A stretch of 64,000 nucleotides of DNA, taken from contig CM074807.1 of assembly GCA_037447605.1 (NCBI GenBank), positions 3,918,829-3,982,828 of the forward strand, written 5' to 3'. The stretch's first letter is position 1; each line of letters begins with the position of its first letter. A program made the translations under genes and the position numbers. This document shows, in pieces, positions 13,431 to 33,699 of this stretch. The notes beneath the pieces were generated by a model that made no database searches, was not told the DNA's origin, and saw only the letters and a program-made list of their open reading frames with translations. This DNA is from Zygnema circumcarinatum SAG 698-1b (Eukaryota > Plantae > Zygnematophyceae).

Positions 13431-15690
13431 CCCCTACTGTGCTAGGGATTATTAGTACTTGGAAAAAAAAACTTGAAACAAGTCATTCGAACTGACATCG
13501 TTCTTTGATTTTCATGCTCTTTGTTAAAAGAGGGACTTGTTTGGCACTCGATCATTTTCGTTACCTTAACCGGTTTTATGAATTGGAGGGATTGTACAAG
13601 TAGACCTGCTCGGAAGTATTTAGACTGACCTTTCTAACCATCTGTATTATATTCTATAAGCATATTATATATCCTATAAAATAGTAAGATATATAATATT
13701 TTGGTTAAATGTTAAACCCTTAAAAACGATTGGCCGGAGAACCTTAAATCTATATTGTTTGGAGCTTACAAATAACCCTATTTGCTATACTTTCGGACCT
13801 TTTTTTTATATAGAATTATATTTTTTTCTTTTGTATTTCATTTACTTTTTTTCCCTTCCTCTTTCTTTTTATAACAGCCCTGGCAGGTTGCTTTGCAAGA
13901 CTAAGTTTAGAAAGGAGGGGAGAGAGAAAGAAGGTGAGGAGCATGAGATTAATGCTGGTAACAAGTGTTCGGATGTCGCGGCGTCCGGGCGTAGTCCCCA
14001 TATGCTCCCTTTGTCGAACCCTCTACCATTAGGAGGGACCGAGAGCGGGATTGCCCAATGAGAGCCTGCCGCGCCACGTGGCAGAGATCTTTTGTAGTGA
14101 AACGCTATAGATGTGTTGTATGGCTTAATATTTACATCCGCGGTTGCCTTTTAATGGTAAAAGCATTGGTGTGGGTATCGGGAGGTCCTGTGTTTGAACC
14201 TTTTTGAGGGCGAGTTTGTTACATCTTTACCCGAATAATCAGCTAAGAACAAGCCCGTGGTCTTGTCGCATCTCACAAGGCGTGTTGCAACGCGGCGCAC
14301 CGTCGTGCAGCAGTGTATAGCTAGGTTTGACAAAGTCAAATTTGTTAGTTTGCGCATACGTACAAACAAGACGAGTCTACGATACTGCTGCATCCCGTAG
14401 GCCACGCCATAATGCAACGCGCCGACATGTAACAGTGCACAATCAAATCATATTGGTCGCAAGGTCCATATATTGGTCGATTTGTACAGTTTTGTACAGA
14501 TGGCCGCTAAGTTCCAAAAAAAAATTTGGCCTCCAAGCTCGAGATTCCCCGAGTGTATGCGATACCTTCGGGTATACTCGAGGCGGCGACGACCTTTGTG
14601 TAGTCCCGCTAACAGTGGGTATAAAGCTTGTACTTTAGCGTCACTGCTATTGGGCTAAGCGCAGTACTTGAGAGATCGGCATAACAAAGCAGTATATATA
14701 TGCTTCTCCCCAAGGTCACGTTGTAGCGTTATGCTACACTCTCGTTGTGTCTTTCCCCTTCCCTCTCTCTCTGTCCCGCTTTCCATCTCTCTCTTTTTAT
14801 TTGGGCACCATCAGCTCTATCGAAGCTCGTGGGCGACCTCTGCCACAGTTTCCGTTCGACCTGACACTGGATTGTTGGCAATTCAACCTTTAGTTCAACG
14901 GAAACTGAGGAAATGTTCTTGAAACTGCACTTGGAAGGTGTGCGCATGAATGATAAAGAGGACTAGTAAGCATGCGCGAAGGAGGGAGTGTGTAGCGAAA
15001 CGCTATACATATGTTGTATGGCCTAGTACTTACATCCGCAGGTGGTTTGTTACAGTGTGAGAGAGTGCGAGAGAGAGAGAGAGAGGGAGGGGGACAAGAG
15101 AGCGAGAGAAAGGAGAGAGAGGAGAGAGGAGAGTGAGGGAGAGAAAGATAGATCCAACCTAAAATCCTCGACTCCAGGAACTTGAGTACTTGATATTTCA
15201 GTTTGCGGTTTGTTGCAAGGTAGAAGCCACATCTATACAAATTTGGGTGTTTTGGGATGTGAAGATGGGAATAGGCTTAATATGGGGCTAGGGAGGGAAT
15301 GGGAGTCATATGTAGGGCATTGTTATGGAATCAGTTGCGCTAATTGTGGACTGCTAGAGTTTGGTTTTTATGTATTGCTCCAATTGTTTGTTCCTTGTGG
15401 GGTGCCATATTGAAGGGGGAAATTTGGATGAGCGTGTTTGTGAGAGGGGAAAGAGGGAGGGTGAGGAGGAGATTAAAGGGGGAATTCGAGGGGAAGGAGA
15501 TGGAGGGGGAGAGGGAGAAAGAGGGAGGGAGAGGAAATGCGCGGGTTCCTTTTGAAGCATTCTTTCTGAGGCATGCCTGTTGTAGATTTGGTACGGTGCG
15601 GTAACTAGTTGGTAGCGTAACACGTTATATTCACACTACCTTAAGAAGAAAAAAAAAAAGAGAGCTGTAAGGCGCGTTGTTTCATGTTTC

Positions 15691-15955
15691 AGATTGGTTT
15701 CCAGTTTTTTTGACAAAGTTGGAAACCTAACCAGACCCAAGTTTCCAACACAAAAACATGGAATCGTTCACACGTGCGAATTATCTTGAAGCTAGCGGGG
15801 AAGCCAGAGGAGAGAACCATCCAATAAGAACTGTTACTACGACTGACACATGGAACTTCCGAGCCCACAACACAACAAGGCATTCAACTCATACCAAAAT
15901 CATAATACTTCTATCATCAAAAGTGGGCTTGCGAAAAACGCACAACAACTTCCAT
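15691..15955. repeat. Dispersed repeat, copy 2 (copy 1 at 13148-13430)
   Basis: Direct-orientation diverged copy, aligned by eye. Confidence 0.85.
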
Positions 15956-16010
15956 TAATTTTTCAATTTTTTCAAAAATTGCAATCTATACTACTGTTCC
16001 AAACCTAAAC

Positions 16011-23685
<7,675 letters not shown>

Positions 23686-25172
23686 GGCTCCCTCTCCTCC
23701 CTCCTCCCCCTCCCCCTCCCCCNNNNNNNNNNTGCAGGTCGCCTCCTTGTCACGGCACCTTCGTTGACCGCTGACCGTACGGGTCTGTAAGGCACGTTGA
23801 ATTCTGGTACTGTACGAATAACGGCTTGCAACGGCAGCTCGAATGTTGCATGCACGCGGTGCAATGGTCCATGGCATGCGTACCTGCATGCGTGGGATGT
23901 GTTCTGCATGCATGCATGCATGCGTCATGTGTCACATGATTCGCTGATTGGGCCTGAAGATTCGACATTTACTGGAGATGCCTGTGAGGCGGTCTGGTGG
24001 AGAGTCTCGTTGGCGTGCTTTGTCGATCATCGTGACTTGGGTTCGAAGGAACCGAAGGTAACACTTTAAGCGAGGTTAAAGCTCTTTACAGCTTCTCAAT
24101 GAACTTAGCAGTATGCAAAGCACTTTGGCTCAACCGACTGCATGACAATCTTTCTGGCTTCTTGGTGGAACAAATCGACCCATAACTTTGTTTATTTTTA
24201 AAGCGCTGTAAACCCAAATGCACGAGTAAGGCCTTTTCACGTTGTGTAGCCAAGATTACGCTGTTGTGTCGGTACTCGGCGACATTCACTTGTTTATTTC
24301 CTTATTATTTGCGTGTTTCAGACGCCAAATCGTATCTATGCCAATACTAAGCAAAAGTTTATTTGGATGCAACCAACTTTGCCACTTCAATTGTAAGTCA
24401 TCCCAACTATTATGAAGTCGGTTTCGTATTACCGTACTTAAACCGTCGGGTACAGCTTTAAATCCTCCAGTGAATATTTAGCTTTTTTACGAAATGAGAT
24501 GAGATGCAGACACAAGGATTTATAAGTCACAATCACTGCGAGAGGGAATCAAGCCCGGCATGTATACAGTGACCAAAAAAGCATGTCCATGTACTCGAAA
24601 CAGAGATCACATCCAAATAAATTTCTTGCATGGCAGTGCATGCATGAACGCAGGGACGAGAACCACCAAAATCAAGAAATGTTCGACAGACAAGCCGACG
24701 GGGGGGCATGGAATCCCACTTGGGCAAAGGAAAGAATAAGAAGTTATTTTATTGCCTGATTCTACCGATGGATATTTTCCGCCACAGCGCGCTCAAGCGG
24801 AGCAGCGCACTTATTATACTTGTACATGTGTGTCAGCCGGGCCCAAAAGTGTTGCACTTTAGGGCCTTCCTGCCTCCGAATAGGGGGCGCTTCTCCTGCC
24901 TACAATAGATCGAAGCTGTGAACGACTTTTCTGAGCAGAAAATAAAAAAAATCACCCACTGCTCCTTTCTCTCTGCCATATACACTCTCAGAAGCACACT
25001 CCTCTACAGGACCTCGCTTGCGGGCCCCAGTACAGGAAAACTATGGAAGCTGAACAGCTGCTGCGGGAGGGAAATGGCCCAGATGAATCTACAAACGTTA
25101 AGCGGAGGCGACAGGTTGATTAAGAAGATAAGCATTTGACTGTGACATCAGTTCACAGATTGGAGCCGCTGC

Positions 25173-26354
25173 TTAGTTGGAACGTTGTCCCATTCGTCGC
25201 GCTCGGCCCACCACTCTGACTGCTGGCCTCTCCTCGTCTGGGTACTCCACCACAGGCTTCTCCACCCACCCCGGAATTCGGCGAATAACAAACATATGGT
25301 CCTCTGCAGCGGCAGCAGCTGCGTCGACAGTCTCCTTCTTCGCTCCCGCAGCCTCGTCCTCGTCATTACCTGCATCCTGCTCGTCCTCCGCAACTTCCTC
25401 TTCCACCTCCTTGGCCTCCTCCTTTAATAAAGCAGAGGCAGAGTTCATATCCTGCTCGCTCTCTCCGTCCTCGTCCGATGTAACTGAAGCTGAGACAGGT
25501 TCCTTCGACGGCATGGAAATGGACACTGCTCCGTCTCCGCCAATGCTGATCTTCCGCCCTCCTTTGACACCTGCAGCCAAAGGCTCGCCCTCAACTGCTC
25601 CCTCCATGGTTGTCTTAGGAACGAAGTCCCGGATATAAATCCTCCTCCCCATTCCTGGGTGCGCCTTCCGTATCACCACTCGTGGGCCATCGTCCTCCTT
25701 CATGAGGTTGGCAAGGTAGTCCACTCCATCAACAGCTCCGATATTGATGCGTGATAGGGTTTGCACAACGTTCACTCTGGAGGCAGCTGACTGCTTCAGG
25801 TCTCCCGAATAATCCATGGATACGTCAGCGACTGAATCAGCCCTTTGATCTTCTGATTTCCGTCTGATTTCCGCCACCAATACCGGCTTGTTTCCCTGAA
25901 CTCGCTCCTCCTGGTCTGCGTTCTCGCCTCTCTGCAACGCTTCCAAGATGGATGCTGCATCAACATGCGTCCTCCGGAGCTCCTCTTCTGCATAGTCATC
26001 CGAGTCAGCATGCTCCGCACCTGAATAGGGCTCTGCAAGGGCCTCCGCCCCCTCCCTCGCATCTGCCATATCCAGCCTGACATTGCCATAGCTGATCTGA
26101 GGCTGCTCCCCCCTCGGCATCCAAATCCACTGCCGGAGCATCACTACGCAACCGCCCTGCCCGCACACGAGCCCAGGCGTCGCCACCTGCCAGCTAAGAA
26201 GCCCTATCACAGCTGTCATCGCGAGAGTGACAAGCACCAGCCCCTTCACCAGGACGCCCACCGCCATGCTGCTGTGCTCATGAGGACACCCGCTCCCTAA
26301 CGCACATCTCTGCCTCTCATCCACCACACTCACACTCTCCACCTTCCCAGCCAT
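25173..26354 (-). CDS. Uncharacterised single-exon acidic protein with an N-terminal membrane anchor (about 393 aa)
   Basis: Long non-repetitive open frame; hydrophobic segment GVLVKGLVLVTLAMTAVIGLLSW, then E/D-rich low-complexity regions; CT-rich leader upstream. Start could also be 26267. Confidence 0.6.
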   Translation of the reverse strand: MAGKVESVSVVDERQRCALGSGCPHEHSSMAVGVLVKGLVLVTLAMTAVIGLLSWQVATPGLVCGQGGCVVMLRQWIWMPRGEQPQISYGNVRLDMADAREGAEALAEPYSGAEHADSDDYAEEELRRTHVDAASILEALQRGENADQEERVQGNKPVLVAEIRRKSEDQRADSVADVSMDYSGDLKQSAASRVNVVQTLSRINIGAVDGVDYLANLMKEDDGPRVVIRKAHPGMGRRIYIRDFVPKTTMEGAVEGEPLAAGVKGGRKISIGGDGAVSISMPSKEPVSASVTSDEDGESEQDMNSASALLKEEAKEVEEEVAEDEQDAGNDEDEAAGAKKETVDAAAAAAEDHMFVIRRIPGWVEKPVVEYPDEERPAVRVVGRARRMGQRSN

Positions 26355-28194
26355 ATTTCCCCACTCTCCCCTCTCCCACTTCTCCCTCTCTCCCTCCCTT
26401 TTCCACCTCCCTCCCTCTCTCCCTCCCTCTCTCCCTCGCCTTGTCTGAGCAGGCAAGTGCGTCTGAGCGGGCGTCGACTATCCCGTGCTGCACGCGTGCG
26501 CATATACCCACCACGGCGGTGTTGCAGGCTCCTGCAATGCAACGTGGGCGCCCGCAGGCGGACGTGGCCCGCCCGGCCGCCCGCCTGGCGCCCGCCTGGC
26601 GACCCGCCCTAGGGTAACGGCGGGCGAGGGGGAGGGGGGCGCACAGAGGCCGGATCGGGCCTGCTGCTGGAGCCAGGGGTCCGGGCAGGAGAAAAATGTT
26701 TGCGCGCGGGCGGGGATCTGGAAAAAAAAGGGCTGAAGGGCTTTGAAAATGGGAGCCGGAGAGTCAACGAAAGCGGAGCTGACGGGCAGGGTGAGGCTGG
26801 CGGCGGGCAGGGGGAAAACGGGCAGGGAGGAAATGTTTCGAGCGGGCAGGTGGACGGTTGCTGCCGCTTCCGGAAGGGCCTGGCGGCGACAGAGCGTGGG
26901 AAACGGCGGGCAGCAATGGCGGGCGGGGGGCGGCGCTGGCGGGCCACGTGGCGGGCGGGAACTGGCTGCGCCGACACAGGGTGTCGGTGCGGGCAGGCAG
27001 TCGGGGGCACAGGGGGCGTACGGACGGGCGGGCGGGGGAAGCGGACGACCGTACGGACAACAAATTCGCGGCCTTCCGCAGGGTGGGCGGGGGGGCACGG
27101 CCGGCAAATAGACTGTACGAGGGATGTACGGTGAATTGGCAACTGGGTGCCGAGACGTACGAAATTTGTACGGTATTCGGCTGTAGTACGGGGCTGGAGG
27201 AGAAACGAAACGTGCGTTTATTTAGGGTAGTGATATTTCCACCCCTTTTTTGGATCCAAACACCCCTTCCCGGCCGGGCAGATTTCAAAAAGGATTAAAA
27301 ACGGAAAATGCTTTTTTCACACCTTTTTGGAATCGATACCCACCCTCCATCGGCAGATTTATTTTTGCGAAACAAGGAAATAACCAGTCACCCCATTTTG
27401 AATATCCCGACCACCTGAATTTTTTTCACGCGTGCGGTCAATCGCAGCCGTCGATTCCCTCGCAGATCGCAACACGGCTGATCACTATTTGCTCAGCCGG
27501 GCTCGGTCACAGCGAATGGCACGTGCCCACGTATCCCGCCAAACTCGTCTCAAATGTTTGTCCGTACAAATGTCGTACGAACGCAACTTTGAGGAACCCA
27601 ATATTTCGTACATTGAGATCTTGAACCAATCAACGTTTTCCACGTCAAAAATTTAACACGTGCCAGATGTTGATTGGCTGAAAGCTGACAATGCACGAGA
27701 TCTCGGGCCGAGGGACGCGCGCACTCGCACGTGCGATCCGGCTTTGGCGGGACTCGTGGGCGCTTTCCATTCGCTNNNNNNNNNNCGGAGACTCCTCACA
27801 AAGGTCCACCTCCTGTTGCCAAAGCCATGCCTTCAAACTGCCATAGCCTTGCAATGCATATCAAGAAGGTTTCTAACTTACACACCCACTCTCACTATAG
27901 TATGGGGCTGTGACGTGACCATGTCACGTCACACGCGCCGGGACCATGCATGCAACAACCTTATTCAAACAACCTAAATAAACTACTTCGTGTCTTGCTA
28001 TGCATAGTACACCCAGCCTGGCAACGTACCAACACCACCGCTCTAACCCAGATGGCCATGTACTCTACCGCCGAGCTGAACTTCCCGCCGTCACCCACAA
28101 GGACTATCTTCCGTACGCAAAGTAGGCTCCGCCGACTCCACCGACTTCGCCGCCTTTTGCCGCCGCATCAGTCCACGATTCCGTACGCCAAGAC

Positions 28195-28418
28195 CGATTC
28201 CTCGGCGCGGTACCAAATGTCGGACTCCCGGCCGTACTGTCCGTACCGACCGTACGGTCTGTACGGTCCATACTATCCGTACGGTTGCGCGGTCGGTCTC
28301 GCCGCCGCGCGCACGCTGAAGTAAGTCCGTCCCCATACATGTCACACCTAGAAGCACACCCCTAGGAACTAAGCGCCAACACAAACATGCTAATCTGAAC
28401 TAACTATGTACACTAACA
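28195..28418 (-). mobile_element. LTR family A 5' LTR (201 bp, TGT..ACA, 28418-28218) plus primer-binding site
   Basis: TGTTAG...CCGACA, a 2-nt spacer, then TGGTACCGCGCCGAGGAATCG; second copy at 12776. Confidence 0.75.
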
Positions 28419-28838
28419 AAATAGAGCAAATAATGTAACGTGTTACGATACGAGCTAGCTATTGTACCATGTTACAAAAACTTTGACAAAGATGTCAAAG
28501 TGATATGTATAGCAAAACGCTACAGTCACCAAGGGCGCTACGTGCACCATAAAAATCTCTATACAATTCATCCGTATCGATTGGCAGTTTTGATTTGAGA
28601 TCAAACTTTTGAATTGACTGACATATTAGGACTGCGTGCATATAGACGCGCGCCGACTTTGGTAAGCACTGCACACACAAGTCAATCGCACGTCATATAT
28701 GTGTGTCGTATATGCGCATTACATAAACGACGCCTCTAATATCGCACATACGCGTTGCATACATGTAATACGGCTAATCGATGTAATATGACTAATCGGC
28801 TTGCCGAATATAATAGGCCTGTTAGATATCTCTAGCGC

Positions 28839-29645
28839 TGATACGGATCAACGGATCAACTGATCAACCACGTGGTGAACCACCACGGGGTAGTAAAAGG
28901 CCACGCGATGTTTCGCCACTAGTTAGCCCCTCACGCCAGTAGAGGGTTTGATGGAGGAAACGTATAAGGGCGTGAGTCGAACGGTATGGCATTCAATTTG
29001 AAAACCAGCATTGATTATCGCTTCCTCTCTCTCTCTCACCCCCTGAGTCCCCTGTTAGATTGGTATCAGAGCACTTTGTTTCTTTCCTAGCCTAGCACCG
29101 CGGGGTTTCCTGAATGGTGACCACCCACAAACATACAACTACGTAGGTAAGGACGCCGGCCTGTCGAACCTGTCCTCCCCCATTTTCTTTGTCGGTACCC
29201 GCGTAACCGGTGCGCAAAAATTCGGGGGAGCATGTCCCTCTTCCTGCGATCGCTTTGCGACCGACTCCCACGCATCTAGGGACGGGCAACCTCCGGCGGA
29301 CCCTTGGGAGAGCCCTAAGGGTATGACCAACCCGCTGGCGACATGGGATGCCTTGTCTTGCTGGAGGAGCTCGACCCATCGATGGGGAGCAACGCGACAT
29401 CAACCACCGACAACGTGCAGAACAACCGGACAGGCCGGCAAGACCGCCCGATCGTGGATCTAGAGCTTCACCTACAGCGGGGCATGGACGAGATGCGGCG
29501 ACTCCTAAAGGACTTCCGGGAGGACTACCGCTTCGCTTGGGGCGGATGGGACGACCACGTCGCCACCCGCCAACCCTACCGCTCCCCACCAGCCCGCCAC
29601 TGCGCCACAGGCAGCAACACCCCCCGCCTTTTTGGCGGGAGGTAG
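28839..29645 (+). mobile_element. LTR family B 5' end with tRNA-iMet PBS and a degenerate gag-like leader ORF (29343-29645)
   Basis: TGATACGGATCAACGG... ending GTTAGA, followed by TGGTATCAGAGC (29061-29072), the canonical plant iMet PBS. No pol visible. Confidence 0.7.
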
Positions 29646-29760
29646 TCAAATCCACGTTCACGTTGGGGTGGCGCCCTCCGATGAAGGTGACACCCCACCC
29701 GACACACCAGCAAAGGGGGGTGGGTCAGCCCGCCCCTGCTCCGCGATCTGCCGCACCCCC

Positions 29761-29950
29761 TCCTGATTGGGGTTTTCCTTTCCATCCACATCTACTCTTG
29801 TAAAGGAAAAAGGAAAGAAAATGATGTGGCTGGTCACAATGATCTTTCTTCTTGGTCCTGATTGGGGTTTTCCTTTCCATCCACATCCACTCTTGTAAAG
29901 GAAAAAGGAAAGAAAATGATGTGGCTGGTCACAATGATCTTTTTACTTGG
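29761..29950. repeat. 95-bp tandem duplication
   Basis: tcctgattggggttttcc...gatcttt(c/t)tt..cttgg occurs twice head to tail with about 3 mismatches. Confidence 0.95.
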
Positions 29951-30321
29951 TCTTCTCTTCTCAGCCTTTTAACCTTCTAATCTCTAACATGTGTAACTAC
30001 CGATATTTTTTGCTGAGTGTTCTTCATCCCAAACTGGCAAGGAGACTTTCGTATTAGATAGATGATAGATCTCCCCCATTGCTCGATCAATCAGCGCCGC
30101 GGCGACCTAGCTTAGTCCATTCCTATTTCTTTTGTCTTTCTAAGAATGAATATGTGGTATATGACATAATAAAATAATGGACTAAGTATCATATGAAATG
30201 TCTGATAAACGTTGGATGCTCCTCCTGTAAAATCGTATATAGAGACCCTTAATTTCGAATCAGCGAGAAGGATATATGTACTCAAATCCGGTCTATCTCT
30301 ATCTCGGCGGGCAAACCCCCT

Positions 30322-31521
30322 TTAAGTCCAAGGCAAGTGTGTGAGAGTGAGAAGCAAACACTCTCTCTCCCGCTCTTGCGAAATAGCGACAAATCTCTCA
30401 AAATCATAGACAAAAAGACGATAGGAATGCAGCTTGACTCTCCTAATGCCCCTCTTCTCCTCTTCCAAAGAAGCCCTAATTACCACGCAAATATTCACCC
30501 CATTTGACCCAGCCCACCCCTCCCCCCCCTCTATCCGAAGCTTTGTCTGAACCTGCATCATAACAAAATTGGGCGGCAAAGCCCCCTCAAAAAAGGTCAC
30601 CATCTCATCGTCAAGATTGGCCCAAGCAAGAGGGATGGGGCTCGCTCTCTCAGCCCCACAGATCCCGGGTTCGATCCTCCTTAAAGCGGTAACTCGAACC
30701 TTGATCTTCTCCAGGTATTCAAGAATCTTATGACAATCGACTTTGTGTTTTTTTCCCAATGGGCTGAGCTGCCTCTTCATGAGGTCGAGCATTCGCTCTG
30801 AAGTTATGGCTTTCCAGGGGAAGGGCCCCAGCGACAAGGAACAAGGAAGGGCGTTAGACTGACGGAGACCGTTGAACTGAACGATCTCGCCCACATGGAC
30901 TCCGCTTTCGGGGATTAAGAAATCGACAAGGAATTCAATGTTCTCTTCAGTGATGGGGGGCCGCGGAACGGCTCCTCGAGCAAGCCTTTGGTAAAGCTTT
31001 AAGAAAGGGCCCTTTTCCTTACTTTGAGGATCATCTTTGAAACTGCAAAACAGAAAAAAATCAGGAGAGAAAACTAGTTATGAATGCAATGACCCTAACA
31101 TATCTCCTCCAGAAGTTGATGTCCTCCGAGTTGTTTTATTTATTTATTATTATTTTTTTATTTTTCCTTCTCAGCCAACCCCTACTGCTTCCGTTCAGTC
31201 TGAAAGACTAAACTAAACTGGTTTTGATGATACAATTCTTAAAAAAAAAAACAAACCTTGAGCCACCCACCAGGAGCTTTTCCCCACAGAGGGCCAGCGG
31301 GAGAGCAGATGCGCCCCCCACAGCGTCTCCTCCTCCGCGCACTCTCTCCATCGCCAGCTCACGCACAGGCACCGCGCCAAACTCCGCGCGTCCACGTGGC
31401 GCAACACTATTGCCAGAGCCTGCCACGTGTCAGCCACAGCCTCCGGCGCCGTCATTGGCCCGGGGGAAGACGAGGAGGGCCCCTCTGCGCCGATGGGGCT
31501 CTCTCCTTCTGCGAAGGCCAT
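30322..31521 (-). CDS. F-box protein (two exons, about 323 aa) with an unrecognised C-terminal domain
   Basis: Exons 31521-31271 and 31042-30322 join in phase 2; F-box motif LAIVLRHVDARSLARCLCVSWRWRECAEEETLW. Confidence 0.8.
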
Positions 31522-32172
31522 GGCCAAGGCGAGGGAGAGGGAGGAAGTGAGAGAGGGAGGGAGGGAGCGTGGATGGAGAGAGCGAAGTAGCGGAGGGGGG
31601 AGAGGGTGAGGGAGAGGGTGAGGGAGAGGGAGAGGGACAGGGAGGTGGAGAGGGAGAGGTGACGGGAAGGAGAGAGAGCGTGGAGTGAGAGCGAAGAAAA
31701 GGTGGGGTGAGGGAGGAGAGAAAAATGGCGAAGGGGGAAGAACGGTACGGAAAGCGCGTCCCACACGCATCTTCGTACTTTATAGCCGTCAGATCTGAGC
31801 GCCACGTGACGATGTGGACGGTTAAGATGAATCCAATCTTGAAACGGCCATGTTAGATTACACGTGTAAAGACCGCCTGCAATTGGTTGAAGTAACATAG
31901 ACACGGAACGCGAAATTCACGTTTCATAGAACTGATCTATGTGCATACATTTCGGAAATTTGCATTTTGTTCCAGTTAAGTTCTCCAGCGCCGTAGGCGG
32001 TTTTCACGCTTTGACGCTACTACATGTACAGGGAACCCATCAGCAGTTCCAGTCGGCCGTTAGGCCTCGTACGGTAATTTTATCTGCTATGCTCTCAGCC
32101 TGCTGTAGCGTAACGGAGCTGCGTTCGACGGATTTGCGTCAGTTCAATTGTACTTGACATATGCCTCTTCCG

Positions 32173-32674
32173 TGTCACGGATCAACGGAANNNNNNNNNN
32201 NNNNNNNNNNNNNNNNNNNNNNNNNNNNNNNNNNNNNNNNNNNNNNNNNNNNNNNNNNNNNNNNNNNNNNNNNNNNNNNNNNNNNNNNNNCAGCAAGGCG
32301 CACTTTCGGGAACACGCTGAGGCGTAGATTATCATTCGTTGACGACCTATCCGGAAGGCTCCGTAGTCAGTCAGGCCTCGGTGGGCAGTTGGCCCGATCG
32401 AGGCTACATCCTTTGCTAAGACTCAAGATCCCCATTGTCGGTGTTAAGTAGATGGGATGTCAGTGATGCTTCTTTGTCTTTTAGTGAAATTTGTATTTGT
32501 ATTTGCTGTGTGGTTTTGTTGTCTTGTTCTTCTTTCTTCTTTTTCCTTCCTCTTGATTCTGACAACGGAATCTTGGTAAGAGAGAGAGAGAGTTCCGTAC
32601 GTAGATAGAGAGAGTTAGAGAGAAAGAGTCTTGCTAGCGATAGCATTTAGGCGTCCCCTTCGGCCAGTTAGACA
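32173..32674 (+). mobile_element. LTR-B-related LTR, probably solo (contains a 100-N gap)
   Basis: Begins TGTCACGGATCAACGG and ends GTCCCCTT..GTTAGACA, matching both ends of the 28839 LTR. No clear TSD or PBS. Confidence 0.55.
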
Positions 32675-32854
32675 AAAGATTCCGGTGGGAAGACAATTTC
32701 ATTGTAATGACATTCCCCAATAACCAGCTGGTACGAGGGTAGGGGGTTCCCTAAAATACCACCTTTATCTAAGTTGTGTCCTGTTTTCCCTCTGCTGTCA
32801 CTATGCCAAGCCCCTATCTTGCTCTATCCTGCCTTGCATTGCTCTCAATGACCA

Positions 32855-33415
32855 ATGATCACTAGAAGCCTAGCTAAGAGACTAGCCGAGGAGAGGACAG
32901 GGGAGGAGGGTCCCCAAGGAAGGGCTCTTTGCGCATCAAGTCCAGCCGCCGGTGGGAACGTCTTCAGAATCCCTACGTCTTCCGCTGCGCGTACCTCTGA
33001 ATCCCCCGGATCCTGGCTCTATGCTGCAGGCAGACCCACAGCACCACCCCAACCCTACGTCAGTTTCGGCACGGACACGCGAGTGGCCGTACAGCACCTG
33101 CAGCTAGCTCAGCAGTCTTTGTTTAACCCCACTTATCTTGTGCTACACTGCATTGCCACCACGTGTCCATTGCCAAGTGAGACATGTCCGTACATAGGGT
33201 ACAGTCCAACTTTTCACACGTGCGATATCGAAGACTTCTTACCACGTGGTATGCCCACCGGGTTTTACGCTATGTCGGCGTCTTGGAATTCCCCCACCGA
33301 CATCCACGCTCACACTAGCGACAAAAGGTGCCGACATTTTCGTGGCATCTGCCATGCGGTTGGTCGGTTGGTTTTGGACGAGCTCTTTTCCACTCCTAAA
33401 GTTGACCCTTTTTGA
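32855..33415 (+). other. 186-aa intronless ORF of unknown origin, possibly retroelement-derived
   Basis: Open frame just downstream of an LTR; begins MITRS; no recognised domain. Confidence 0.25.
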
Positions 33416-33699
33416 CTTAAGGTCTTTCCTTAGCCCGGCAGGAGTCTAAAAGCAGCTCTGTGCTGAAGTTTGAGGGAAGGATAGGCAGCAATTGTAACAA
33501 GGTGTAGCATCAGGAAAGAAATGTCACATCAATTCTTTTTTGGGTGGGAGGGGGGGAGGGAGTCGTGCCGGGAAGACTTTTCTGCAAAAAAGCTATTTGA
33601 ATAATTGTTCAGATTTGTGAATAAAATGTGGTGCTGGCTTCTGTGTGAAAAATGTGGCCTTTTCGTGCAAACTGTGACCAGTATTTCTCCTCTCCTCTC

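Noticed and set aside
26478-27298. Many overlapping GC-rich ORFs on both strands
   Set aside because: Stop-poor GC-rich promoter or repeat DNA; translations are Arg/Pro/Gly low complexity with no motifs.
28839-32674. F-box gene captured between two LTR-B repeats as one retroelement
   Set aside because: The two LTRs differ in length and interior, there is no polypurine tract before 32173 and no TSD, and the F-box gene retains its intron.
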